A program made the translations under genes and the position numbers. Below, piece by piece: positions 1-8,726 of a stretch of 24,000 nucleotides of DNA. Within the stretch, counting starts at the first letter, position 1; each line of letters starts with the position of its first letter. The notes below the pieces were generated by a model that saw only the letters and a list, made by a program, of their open reading frames with translations, was not told the origin of the DNA and did not search any database. The stretch covers positions 494,047-518,046 of the forward strand of contig NZ_LR134365.1 of the NCBI RefSeq assembly GCF_900637305.1, given 5' to 3'. This DNA comes from Cardiobacterium hominis (GTDB lineage Bacteria > Pseudomonadota > Gammaproteobacteria > Cardiobacteriales > Cardiobacteriaceae).

Positions 1-103
1 CCTCGGCTACCCCGACCTCGTGCGCGAACATTTCATCCTCGGCGGCTACTACCTCATCATCCTCACCCTCGCCGTCCTCAACCTCAAAAAACAGGAGCGC
101 TGA
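1..103 (+). CDS. ABC-2 type transporter permease, C-terminal fragment (start lies outside the window)
   Basis: The frame starting at nt 2 reads LGYPDLVREHFILGGYYLIILTLAVLNLKKQER and stops at TGA 101-103. The next permease ATG follows immediately at 104. The hydrophobic C-terminus fits the first of a YbhS/YbhR-like permease pair. Confidence 0.55.
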   Translation, partial: LGYPDLVREHFILGGYYLIILTLAVLNLKKQER

Positions 104-1213
104 ATGACCCGCAACCTCTTGACCCTCATCGGCAAAGAGCTGCGCAGCCTGCTCGCCGACCCCATCCTCATCCTCCTCATCGCCTACATGTTCACCGGCA
201 TGGTCATCGCCATGTCGCAAAGCAACACCGACATCCGTAACGCCGCCGTCGCCATCATCGACGAAGACCGCTCGCCCTTCAGCCGCCGCCTTGCCGACGC
301 CATCCGCCCGCCCTACTTCCGCGCGCCCGACGCCATCGAACGCGCCGAAGCAGACGCCGCCATGAACCGCGGCGACTACGTCTTCATCCTCGAAATCCCC
401 GCCAACTTCGAGCGCGACCTCCTGCAAAACCGCGCGCCAGAAATCCTGCTCAACATCGACGCCACCCGCATGAACCAGGGCGGCATCGGCAGCGCCTACC
501 TCGGCCAAATCTTTACCCGCGAAATCCGCGCCACCCTCAACACCCCGGCCGCCGCGCCGCCCGTACAACCCATCATCCGCACCCGCTACAACCCCAACGC
601 CGAAAACGCCTACCAAATGCCCGTCACCGCGCTGGGCGACGCCATCCTGCTGCTGCTCCTGCTGCTCGTCGGCGCGGCAGTCATCCGCGAACGCGAACAC
701 GGCACCATCGAACACCTGCTGGTCATGCCCGTCACCGCCAGCGAAATCATGCTGGCGAAAATCCTTGCCAACGGCCTTGTCATCCTCATCGCCTCCACCG
801 GCTCGCTCCTTGCCGTCGTCCACGGCCTCATCGGCGTCCCCATCAACGGCACCCTGACCGACTACCTCCTCGGCACCGCGACCTACCTCTTCTCCATCGC
901 CTCCCTGGCCATCATGATCGCGACCCTGACGCCGAGCCTGCAACAATACAGCCTGCTGATGCTGCCGCTCTTTATCATCATGAACCTCTTTTCGGGAGCG
1001 ACCACCTCGCGCAGCAACATGCCCGAACTGGCGCGCGCCATCAGCGAATACTGGCCGAGCACCCAATACGCCATCTACAGCCAAAGCGTCATCTTCCGCG
1101 GCGCGGGATTGCACGAACTCTGGCCGCAACTGCTGATCATGGGCATCGCCGGCATCCTCTTCCTCGGCCTCGCCCTCATCCGCTTCCGTAAAATGCTCGA
1201 ACAACAGAACTGA
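104..1213 (+). CDS. ABC-2 family transporter permease (YbhR/YhhJ-like)
   Basis: 369-aa ORF with one N-terminal TM segment, a large soluble loop, then about 5 C-terminal TM segments, which is the typical ABC2_membrane_3 layout. TGAATG junction with the upstream permease fragment. Confidence 0.85.
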   Translation: MTRNLLTLIGKELRSLLADPILILLIAYMFTGMVIAMSQSNTDIRNAAVAIIDEDRSPFSRRLADAIRPPYFRAPDAIERAEADAAMNRGDYVFILEIPANFERDLLQNRAPEILLNIDATRMNQGGIGSAYLGQIFTREIRATLNTPAAAPPVQPIIRTRYNPNAENAYQMPVTALGDAILLLLLLLVGAAVIREREHGTIEHLLVMPVTASEIMLAKILANGLVILIASTGSLLAVVHGLIGVPINGTLTDYLLGTATYLFSIASLAIMIATLTPSLQQYSLLMLPLFIIMNLFSGATTSRSNMPELARAISEYWPSTQYAIYSQSVIFRGAGLHELWPQLLIMGIAGILFLGLALIRFRKMLEQQN

Positions 1214-1251
1214 ACCATGACCATCGCACGCCCCCTCCAAACCGGGTACAC

Positions 1252-1286
1252 AAAAAATCCCTTCCCCCGCAAGCAGGGGAAGGGAT
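1252..1286 (-). terminator. Rho-independent terminator downstream of the DUF1330 gene
   Basis: Read on the minus strand: 11-bp stem ATCCCTTCCCC / GGGGAAGGGAT with an 8-nt loop, followed by TTTTTT. It lies 30 nt after the stop at 1316. Confidence 0.7.
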
Positions 1287-1315
1287 CCGAATGGCAGGAA
1301 GAAAACTGCCGGGCT

Positions 1316-1606
1316 TTAATCCACCCCTTCCAGCAACACCGCGCGGCCAAGCGTTGCCCCCAGGCGGATAGATTTGAACTGCCCGTACTCCGTGCTGTCG
1401 TACCACGCCTTTGCCGATGCCATATCGGGAAAACGCAATACCACCGAACCGTCGAAGTCGGCACCTTCCAAAGCCTCGTGCGCACCATTGGCAACCAGAA
1501 TTTCGCCGCCGAACGGGGCGAGAGTGGGCACACCCAATTGCAGATAGCGGTCATAAGCGGCCTGATCTTTCATTTCATCGCGGATAAAAACAACGTAAGC
1601 AGACAT
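1316..1606 (-). CDS. DUF1330 domain-containing protein
   Basis: 96 aa, MSAYVVFIRDEMKDQAAYDRYLQLG...AKAWYDSTEY. This matches my recollection of the DUF1330 (dimeric alpha/beta-barrel) family. GAGGAA Shine-Dalgarno (SD) sequence upstream. Confidence 0.75.
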   Translation of the reverse strand: MSAYVVFIRDEMKDQAAYDRYLQLGVPTLAPFGGEILVANGAHEALEGADFDGSVVLRFPDMASAKAWYDSTEYGQFKSIRLGATLGRAVLLEGVD

Positions 1607-1780
1607 AAATTTCCTCGTATTTGTGGAAGCCGCATCTTACTGCAAAGCGGCACAACAGCAAAACCCGATGCGGGAACCCCCAAAACCTTCCCCCATTTAC
1701 GTCGCGCGGTAACAGAAAGGGGATAAGGCCCCGCTGAAAACCCGCCTGAAAACAAACAAACAACACAAAAGGAACCAACC

Positions 1781-3196
1781 ATGCCCCCCCGCCCCCTCCT
1801 CCTCGCCCTCACCGCCGCCCTCCTCAGCGCCTGCCAAACCACCACCATCACCACCGCAAGCCGCGTCCCCCTGCCCACCGCCTACGAAAGCGCCCCGGCG
1901 CGCGCCGACAACACCGACATCCGCCGCTGGTGGCAAGCCTGGCACGACCCCGTCCTCAACCAGCTCATCACCGAAGCGCTGGCGAACAACCCCGACCTCG
2001 CCATCGCCCGCAGCCGCCTCAAAGAAGCGCAGGCGACCACCCGCCTTGCCGACGCCGACCGCGGCGCGACCATTGGCTTGGGACTGAACGCCGGCCACCT
2101 CGACGCCGACCTCGACAACCCCCTCGGCGGCACCCCGCTGGCGCGCAGCGACAAAATCAACACCCACAGAACCCTCCTCGCCAGCAACCTCAGCGCCAAA
2201 TGGGAAGCCGACCTCTTCGGACAAAAACAAAGCGATGCCGATGCCGCCCGCTACGCCGCCCTCGCCAGCGCCGAACAAACCCACATCGCCCAACTACAAA
2301 TCGCCGCCGCCGTCGCCGACGCCTACCTGCAAGCGCGCGCCCTCGAAGCGCGACAGCGCCTCGCCGACGAAAACATCGTCACCCTCGAAAAACTCGCGCA
2401 CTACGTCGAAGCCCGCTACCGCGCCGGCCACACCACCGCCTTTGAGAAAACCGAAGCACAAAGCCACCTCAGCGCCGCTCGCGCCGCGCGCAGCACGCTC
2501 GCCGCCGAACGCGCCGCGCAAGCGCGCAAAATCGCCGTGCTGCTGGGCAAAACCCCGCAGGACTACCAACTGCCCGCGAGTAGCGCCGACATCCTCGCCC
2601 ACCCGCCCGCCGCCCCCGGCGGACAAACCCCGCAAGGCCTGATAGAGCGCCGCCCCGACCTGCGCGCCCGCGCCGCCGAAATCAACGCCCGCGCCGCCAA
2701 AGTAGCGAGCGCCAAAGCCGACCTCTACCCGCGCCTCACCCTCAACTTCCTCGGCAACGGCATACTCAATATCGACAGCGACAACACCCAAAAAAGCCTG
2801 ATAAGCCTGCTCGGCGCCAGCCTGCAAGTGCCGCTGTTCACCAATGGCCGCGTCCAGGCGAACATTGACGCCGCCGACGCGCGTCTCAAAACCGCGCTCT
2901 TGCAATACGACCAAACCCTGCTGCAAGCACTCGCCGACGTCGATAACGCCTACCAGGCAAGCGACGCCCTTGCCACGCAAACCCGCCTCCTCGCCCAAGC
3001 GCGTGATGAAGCAGAAAAACAGGCGACTGATGCCGAAAAACTCTACCGCTACGGCAACAAAACCCTCGCCGACACTCTCAGCGCGCGCCTATCCGCCAAC
3101 CAGGCGGCAGAAAACCAGCTGCGCAGCCAACTGGCGCAAGCGCAAACGCTCATCGCGCTCTACAAAGCCCTCGGCGGCGGCTGGGCGGAAAAATAG
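1781..3196 (+). CDS. Efflux outer-membrane factor lipoprotein, NodT family
   Basis: 471 aa. Signal peptide with lipobox LLSAC. Long Ala/Leu/Gln-rich coiled segments and a C-terminal LYKALGGGW motif typical of OprM/NodT outer-membrane factors. AAGGA SD. Confidence 0.9.
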   Translation: MPPRPLLLALTAALLSACQTTTITTASRVPLPTAYESAPARADNTDIRRWWQAWHDPVLNQLITEALANNPDLAIARSRLKEAQATTRLADADRGATIGLGLNAGHLDADLDNPLGGTPLARSDKINTHRTLLASNLSAKWEADLFGQKQSDADAARYAALASAEQTHIAQLQIAAAVADAYLQARALEARQRLADENIVTLEKLAHYVEARYRAGHTTAFEKTEAQSHLSAARAARSTLAAERAAQARKIAVLLGKTPQDYQLPASSADILAHPPAAPGGQTPQGLIERRPDLRARAAEINARAAKVASAKADLYPRLTLNFLGNGILNIDSDNTQKSLISLLGASLQVPLFTNGRVQANIDAADARLKTALLQYDQTLLQALADVDNAYQASDALATQTRLLAQARDEAEKQATDAEKLYRYGNKTLADTLSARLSANQAAENQLRSQLAQAQTLIALYKALGGGWAEK

Positions 3197-3332
3197 CCGC
3201 CGCGCCGCTTTTTTCTGGCGCTGATATTAAATTTTCTATATGATTTTTTCCTGCTGCGGCGCGGTCTCGCGCCAGTAGCGGGATCAGGCGCGCTGCCTGT
3301 TTCTTTTTTCCACCATCAGGAGTGATAACCCG

Positions 3333-4301
3333 ATGATTCAATTAGTTGTTGCCTGCCACGGGCGGTTTGCCGAGGAACTCGTCAATTCCGCCGCGATGGT
3401 CTTTGGCGAGGCCGAGGGCGTGCACGCAGTCACGTTCATGCCCGGCGAAGGGCCGGAGGATTTGATCCGCAAGTATGAGGCGATCATCGCCGAGACGGGT
3501 TCGGCGGATGATGTGCTGTTTTTGGTCGATTTGTTCGGCGGCAGTCCGTACAACGCCGCGATTCGCGTCGTCGCCCCCACCGCCAAAGCCGACGTGCTTT
3601 CCGGCGTGAATTTACCGATGCTGCTGGAGCTGCTCGACAGCCGCGATGAGAAAAGCACCGTCGCCGATTTGGTGGCAAGCGCTTATAACGCCTCTTTTGA
3701 GGGGACGAAAGCTTTTCGCAATGCGCTGCCAACGGCATCTGCTACGCCCGCGCCCGCCGAAGCCGCCGCCCCGGTGGCCGATCACCGCGCCGGCCGCCCG
3801 ACCTCCGGCCATATGCAAATTCCGCTGTTGCGCATTGACAGCCGCCTGATTCACGGCCAGGTCGCGACTTCCTGGGCGAAAGCGGTCAAGTGCGACGCGA
3901 TTTTCGCCATCAGCGACGAGGTCGCGCAGGACGAGTTGCGCAGCAAGTTGCTGCTCCAGGTCGCGCCCGCGCATTTGCAGTCGTATGTGATTACGGTCGA
4001 TAAGGCCATCAAGGTCTGGCACAACCCGATGTACGCCGACCGCAAGGTGCTGTGGCTCGTCACCAAGCCGGGCGATATCGTCCGCCTGATTGAGGGCGGC
4101 GTGGATATTAAGCAGGTGAATGTCGGCGGCATGACCCACCGCGAGGGCTGCAAGCTCATCAGTCAGGCGGTCGCGGTTGATGCCGATGACGTCGCCGCCT
4201 TCAAACGCCTGCATGAAATGGGCGTGAAGATGACGCTGCAACAGCTCGCCACTTCGCCCGCCGAAGATGTGATGCCGAAACTGGCAAATGTGAAATTCTA
4301 G
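3333..4301 (+). CDS. manX: PTS mannose-family transporter subunit EIIAB
   Basis: 322 aa. N-terminal EIIA-Man domain with the CHG histidine near residue 9, an Ala/Pro-rich linker, then EIIB with LLRIDSRLIHGQVAT. Colinear with my recollection of E. coli ManX. AGGAG SD. Confidence 0.9.
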   Translation: MIQLVVACHGRFAEELVNSAAMVFGEAEGVHAVTFMPGEGPEDLIRKYEAIIAETGSADDVLFLVDLFGGSPYNAAIRVVAPTAKADVLSGVNLPMLLELLDSRDEKSTVADLVASAYNASFEGTKAFRNALPTASATPAPAEAAAPVADHRAGRPTSGHMQIPLLRIDSRLIHGQVATSWAKAVKCDAIFAISDEVAQDELRSKLLLQVAPAHLQSYVITVDKAIKVWHNPMYADRKVLWLVTKPGDIVRLIEGGVDIKQVNVGGMTHREGCKLISQAVAVDADDVAAFKRLHEMGVKMTLQQLATSPAEDVMPKLANVKF

Positions 4302-4310
4302 GAGATTCAG

Positions 4311-5102
4311 ATGGATATTATTCTGGTAACTTTGGTCGGCCTGATCTGCGGTATGGGATCGGTGCTCGATGAACGGCAGACGCACCGCCCGCTGGTCGCC
4401 TGTACTTTGATTGGCCTCGTCCTCGGCGACCTGAAAACGGGCGTGATGGTCGGCGGCACGCTGGAGCTGGTCGCGCTCGGCTGGATGAACGTCGGCGCGG
4501 CCATGGCGCCGGATGCGGCGCTCGCCAGCGTCATCGCTGCCATTCTCGTCATCAAGGGCGGACAACCGGCGCAGGAAAGTATCGCTATCGCCATTCCGGT
4601 CGCGGTCGCAGGGCAAATGCTGACCATTTTCGTGCGCACCATCGCCGTCTTCTTCCAGCACCAGGCGGACAAGTTCGCCAAAGAGGCGAATTTCCGCGGC
4701 ATCGAGCTCTGTCACTACGGCGCGCTGCTCCTGCAAGGCTTGCGCGTCGCCATTCCGGCAGCGATTGTCGTCGCCACCGCCAGCGCGGAAAACGTGCAGG
4801 CATTCCTCGGCAAAATTCCGGTTGAAGTCTCCGAAGGCCTGCGCATCGCCGGGGGCGTTATCGTCGTCGTCGGTTACGCGATGGTGATTAACATGATGAG
4901 CGCGAAGGCGCTGATGCCGTTCTTCTTCCTCGGCTTCGTCATCGCCACCTTCTCCAGCTACAACCTCATCGGCCTGGGCATGATCGGCACCGTACTCGCC
5001 GCGCTCTACATCCAGCTAAGCCCGCGCTTCAACAAGAGCGCCGCCGCAGGCCCTGCCGCCCGACAAGCGCCGCTTGCCGACGATGAACTCGAAGGACTGT
5101 AA
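4311..5102 (+). CDS. manY: PTS mannose-family transporter subunit IIC
   Basis: 263-aa polytopic membrane protein immediately after EIIAB. ManY-like, with GTLELVALGWMNVGAAMAPD. AGGAG SD. Confidence 0.9.
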   Translation: MDIILVTLVGLICGMGSVLDERQTHRPLVACTLIGLVLGDLKTGVMVGGTLELVALGWMNVGAAMAPDAALASVIAAILVIKGGQPAQESIAIAIPVAVAGQMLTIFVRTIAVFFQHQADKFAKEANFRGIELCHYGALLLQGLRVAIPAAIVVATASAENVQAFLGKIPVEVSEGLRIAGGVIVVVGYAMVINMMSAKALMPFFFLGFVIATFSSYNLIGLGMIGTVLAALYIQLSPRFNKSAAAGPAARQAPLADDELEGL

Positions 5103-5113
5103 GGAGAACGACC

Positions 5114-5956
5114 ATGACCGAAATGACCCAAAACCACAAAAAACTGACCAAAGGTGACCTGCGCAGCATGTACATGCGCTCCACCTTCCTGCTCGGCTCG
5201 TTCAACTTCGAGCGGATGCAGTCGATGGGCTTCTGCGTCACCATGATGCCCGCCATCAAGCGCCTTTACAGCAAAAAAGAAGACCAGGCGGCAGCGCTGA
5301 AGCGCCACCTCGAATTCTTCAACACCCAGCCGTGGATAGGCTCTGCCATCATGGGCGTCACCGCGGCGATGGAAGAAGAACGCGCCAACGGCGCCCCGAT
5401 TGACGACGGCGCCATCAACGGCGTGAAAGTCGGTCTGATGGGGCCGCTCGCCGGTGTCGGCGACCCGATCTACTGGGGTACCGCGCGCATCATCCTCGCC
5501 GCGCTGGGCGCCTCGCTTGCCATCACCGGCAACATCATGGGGCCGCTGCTTTTCTTCATTGGCATCAACATTATCCGTATCCTCACCCGCTGGTACAGCA
5601 TGAAATACGGCTACGAAAAAGGCACGGAAATCGTGCAGGACATGGAAGGCGGCCAGCTGCAGAAACTGACCACCGGTGCCTCCGTGCTCGGTCTCTTTGT
5701 CATGGGTGGCCTCGTCGCACGCTGGGCAAGCCTGAACATCCCGCTGGAAATCGCCCGCTACACCAACCAAAAAGGCGAAGAAGTCGTCACCACCGTGCAA
5801 TCGGTACTGAACGACCTGCTGCCCGGCCTCGTCCCGCTGCTTTTGACCTTCCTCTGCATGACGTTGCTGAAGAAAAAAGTGAGCGCCATCGCCATCATCT
5901 TCGTGATGTTCGCGGTAGGTATCGCGGGCCGCTATCTGGGTGTGTTGGGGCTGTAA
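5114..5956 (+). CDS. manZ: PTS mannose-family transporter subunit IID
   Basis: 280 aa. N-terminal LTKGDLRSMYMRSTFLLGSFNFERMQSMGF and FFNTQPW are typical IID motifs. AGGAGA SD. Confidence 0.9.
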   Translation: MTEMTQNHKKLTKGDLRSMYMRSTFLLGSFNFERMQSMGFCVTMMPAIKRLYSKKEDQAAALKRHLEFFNTQPWIGSAIMGVTAAMEEERANGAPIDDGAINGVKVGLMGPLAGVGDPIYWGTARIILAALGASLAITGNIMGPLLFFIGINIIRILTRWYSMKYGYEKGTEIVQDMEGGQLQKLTTGASVLGLFVMGGLVARWASLNIPLEIARYTNQKGEEVVTTVQSVLNDLLPGLVPLLLTFLCMTLLKKKVSAIAIIFVMFAVGIAGRYLGVLGL

Positions 5957-5974
5957 ACGCACCTTCACCCAAAG

Positions 5975-6003
5975 AAAAAACCCCTGCCCGGCAGGGGTTT
6001 TTT
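5975..6003 (+). terminator. Rho-independent terminator of the PTS operon
   Basis: Stem CCCCTGC / GCAGGGG with a 3-nt loop, followed by six T. An A-run precedes it, so it may also act on the opposite strand. Confidence 0.75.
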
Positions 6004-6052
6004 AATGTCATCGTTACCGGTGGGGTTAGGGGCTGTTTGCAATTGAACAATC

Positions 6053-6121
6053 CCCCTCTCTCGCTACGCGATCTGTTCCAGTCCCAGAGGGACAAGCATT
6101 GCTCGCGTAGCGAGAGAGGGG
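6053..6121. repeat. REP-like extragenic palindrome (19-bp perfect arms, 31-nt loop)
   Basis: CCCCTCTCTCGCTACGCGA (6053-6071) is the exact reverse complement of 6103-6121. The loop holds a second small hairpin, GTCCC-AGA-GGGAC. A G-rich tail (GGTGGGGTTAGGGGCTG) lies about 25 nt upstream and resembles the repeat family in the ccm spacers. Confidence 0.7.
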
Positions 6122-6176
6122 CTCGTTCGCCGAATTGTCAACACGCCCTAGCTGCTTGCCAAACTGGCACGCCCTT

Positions 6177-6947
6177 TCAAATCAGCACGTAATACTCGCG
6201 GTTGTAATCGCGCTGCTCCGCCTGATCGTAGATGCGCGAGTAGCCGCGCTGGTTGCTGACGAAGCGGGTGTCGCCGATGTAGGTGCTGATGTTGTCGTGG
6301 CTGTGGCCGTAGATCCACAGGTTGGCGCGCGTGGTAAGTTCCGGCAGGTGCGTCGTCCAGTAGGCGGAATGGAGCAGGCCGACGGCTTTGGTGTAGTGGC
6401 GCTTGGCGACGAGTTCGAGGCGCGGCACGAAGTGGCTGATGACGACGCGCGCCTCCGCCGCCGGATCCAGCGCGGTTTCGATGTAGGCGCGGCTCACCTG
6501 GTGCAGCATGCGCATGGTTTCCGGGGTGAGCGGGCGGCCTTTTTCGTCGTAGATTTCGCGGAAGTCCGGCAGCGTGCGCCCCGCCCAGCGCATCGAGGCG
6601 TCCGCATCGCCGCCAAGGCTGAAATCCGTCCACAAGGTGGAGCCGATGAACTGCACGCCGTCGAGGATGATGCTGTCGTTGTCGAGCAGGGTGATGTCGT
6701 ATTTTTGGCAGATGCTGCGGTAGAGGTCTTTCGCTTCGTTCAGCGCAAAGCCGTAGTATTCGTGGTTGCCCAGCACGTACAGCACCGGCAGTTTTGGCGC
6801 CTTGCGCCGCAGGTAATCGAAAAAGAGCGGCACGGTCGCCGGGTCGCCGATGTCGCCGGCGAGGACGAGCACGTCCAGCTCGGCGAGGTTGCTGATGGTG
6901 CAAAGGCTGCATTCGCTGTGCAGGTCGCTGTGGACGCCGATTTTCAT
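6177..6947 (-). CDS. Metallophosphoesterase (calcineurin-like phosphoesterase family)
   Basis: 256 aa with the ordered motifs SDLH, AGDIGD, GNHEYY, SHF and GHSH. AGGAG SD that overlaps the nspC stop codon. Confidence 0.85.
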   Translation of the reverse strand: MKIGVHSDLHSECSLCTISNLAELDVLVLAGDIGDPATVPLFFDYLRRKAPKLPVLYVLGNHEYYGFALNEAKDLYRSICQKYDITLLDNDSIILDGVQFIGSTLWTDFSLGGDADASMRWAGRTLPDFREIYDEKGRPLTPETMRMLHQVSRAYIETALDPAAEARVVISHFVPRLELVAKRHYTKAVGLLHSAYWTTHLPELTTRANLWIYGHSHDNISTYIGDTRFVSNQRGYSRIYDQAEQRDYNREYYVLI

Positions 6948-6955
6948 GTCCGCTC

Positions 6956-8125
6956 CTAGGAAAGCCGCATTTTGAAGTCTTCGTAGCCAAATTCGCGCAC
7001 GGTGGTAAGAGCGTCCGTGCGGCTGTCCCAGGCGACGATGGCGGGCAGTTTGACGCCGTTGAAGGTGTTGGTCTTCACCATGGTGTAGTGCGACATATCC
7101 ATAAACATCAATCGCTTGCCCACTTCCAGCGGCTCGGCAAAGCTGTAATCGCCGATGATATCGCCGGCGAGGCAGGTCAGGCCGCCAATGCGATAGGTAT
7201 AAGGGCGCTCATGCGGCATCGCGCCACCGAGGACGTCCGGGCGATAGGGCATCTCCAGCACGTCCGGCAGGTGCGCGGTGCAGGAGCCGTCAATCACCGC
7301 GATGTTGAGATGGTTCCAGATAACATCCAGAACTTCCGTGACATACACGCCGGTGCCGAGCGCGACCGCCTCGCCCGGCTCGATGAACACCTCAACCCCC
7401 CAGCGCTCGCGGAAGGCGCGGATCAGCGCAATCAATTCCTCGACCGCATACCCCTCGCGCGTCACATGATGGCCGCCGCCGAAATTCACCCACTGCATCT
7501 GCGGCAGAATATCGCCGAACTGCCGCTCCACCGCCGCCAGCGTGCGCCGCAGCGGCGCCACATCCTGCTCGCAGAGATTATGAAAATGCAGACCGGTAAT
7601 GCCGGTGAGCGATTCGGGGCGCAACTGGCCGCGAATCACGCCGAGACGCGAACCGGGCGCGCTCGGGTCATAAATCGCCACCGCCCCCTCGGACTGCTGC
7701 GGATTGATGCGCAGACCGAAATGCAGCGGCTTGCGTTTAGCGGCGGCGAGCGCCTGCGCGCGGAAACGCTCCCACTGATTGCACGAATTAAAAATCACAT
7801 GGTCGGACAGCGCCAGCACCTCGTCCATATCGGCGGGCGGGTAGGCGGCGGAAAACGTATGCACCTCGCCGGAAAAAAACTCGCGGCCGAGCTTCGCCTC
7901 ATGCAGGCCGCTGGCGCAGACGCCGGACAAATAACGCGAAATCAGCGGGGCAAAATGAAACATCGCAAAGCCCTTGAGCGCGAGCAGCACCTTGGCGCCG
8001 CTCTCCGCCTGCACATGGGCAAGCAGCTGCAAATTGCGCTCCAGTAGCGCTTCATCGACCACATAACAGGGCGTAGGCAGGCGGGACAAATCCAGACGGC
8101 GGAAAGTATCGTGCAAAAGGCTCAT
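6956..8125 (-). CDS. nspC: Carboxynorspermidine/carboxyspermidine decarboxylase
   Basis: 389 aa. N-terminal LPTPCYVVDEALLERNL and HFHNLCEQ motifs, length and architecture match my recollection of NspC-type PLP decarboxylases. GAGGA SD. Confidence 0.8.
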   Translation of the reverse strand: MSLLHDTFRRLDLSRLPTPCYVVDEALLERNLQLLAHVQAESGAKVLLALKGFAMFHFAPLISRYLSGVCASGLHEAKLGREFFSGEVHTFSAAYPPADMDEVLALSDHVIFNSCNQWERFRAQALAAAKRKPLHFGLRINPQQSEGAVAIYDPSAPGSRLGVIRGQLRPESLTGITGLHFHNLCEQDVAPLRRTLAAVERQFGDILPQMQWVNFGGGHHVTREGYAVEELIALIRAFRERWGVEVFIEPGEAVALGTGVYVTEVLDVIWNHLNIAVIDGSCTAHLPDVLEMPYRPDVLGGAMPHERPYTYRIGGLTCLAGDIIGDYSFAEPLEVGKRLMFMDMSHYTMVKTNTFNGVKLPAIVAWDSRTDALTTVREFGYEDFKMRLS

Positions 8126-8287
8126 GGTAATCCTCGAATTTCAGGTGGCAGGGGACGGCGAAAGCCGCATAACGCGGCGATATTATAAAGAAAAACCCGC
8201 GCAACCGCCGCGCACTTGACAGAAATCCATGACAACGCGCGCCTGTAGGCGCAAGATGCAAATCCCTTTCAAACACCGGAGAAACCC

Positions 8288-8563
8288 ATGAGCCCCATCC
8301 TGAATCTGCGCGACGAATACGCCCGCATCGACGCCCCTGATTTCCGCCTCGGCGAATACCTCTATCTGGGACAAATCAGAACCGACGACGACGAAACCGC
8401 GGTCGTCGCCGTCGCCTACAAACCCGACTACGCCGTGAAAAAACTCAAAGAGAACCTCGCCATCCTCCAGCCTGGCGCGCGCATCCGCGAATGCTACCTG
8501 CGCAAAATCCGCGTCGGCGAAACAGACGACTGCGGCAAAATCCCGCTGGACGGCATCCTCTGA
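8288..8563 (+). CDS. Hypothetical protein (91 aa, no family recognised)
   Basis: GGAGA SD 6 nt upstream of the ATG. Codon usage is the same C-ending style as neighbouring native genes. No signal peptide or TM segment. Confidence 0.6.
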   Translation: MSPILNLRDEYARIDAPDFRLGEYLYLGQIRTDDDETAVVAVAYKPDYAVKKLKENLAILQPGARIRECYLRKIRVGETDDCGKIPLDGIL

Positions 8564-8726
8564 CGGCCATTCACGCCACGATACATAAGCGATTAATAGC
8601 GGGATCGCGGGACCGTGCCGCATTCCCTAAACGACCGCGGCGTCAGCGGGTTTACATGGAATATGAAAGAGATGGCAGCAAAATCCCTTACAATGCGTCG
8701 CGAAAACTCACATGGAGAACACGCAC

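Noticed and set aside
3172-3222. Possible terminator after the NodT gene (GC-rich segment followed by TTTTTT at about 3209-3214)
   Set aside because: I could not draw a convincing stem. The GCCGCC/GGCGGC pairings are short and ambiguous.
3612-8047. Long antisense or alternative-frame ORFs opposite manX/manY (374 aa), manZ (320 aa), the phosphoesterase (274 and 280 aa) and nspC (319 aa)
   Set aside because: Each fully overlaps a gene with strong family motifs. Their translations are low-complexity and Arg/Ala/Gly-rich.
8126-8287. Promoter calls in the nspC / 91-aa ORF divergent region (TATAAT on the minus strand at 8182-8187; TTGACA on the plus strand at about 8215-8220)
   Set aside because: Each hexamer lacks a partner element at acceptable spacing, so I have not listed them as features.
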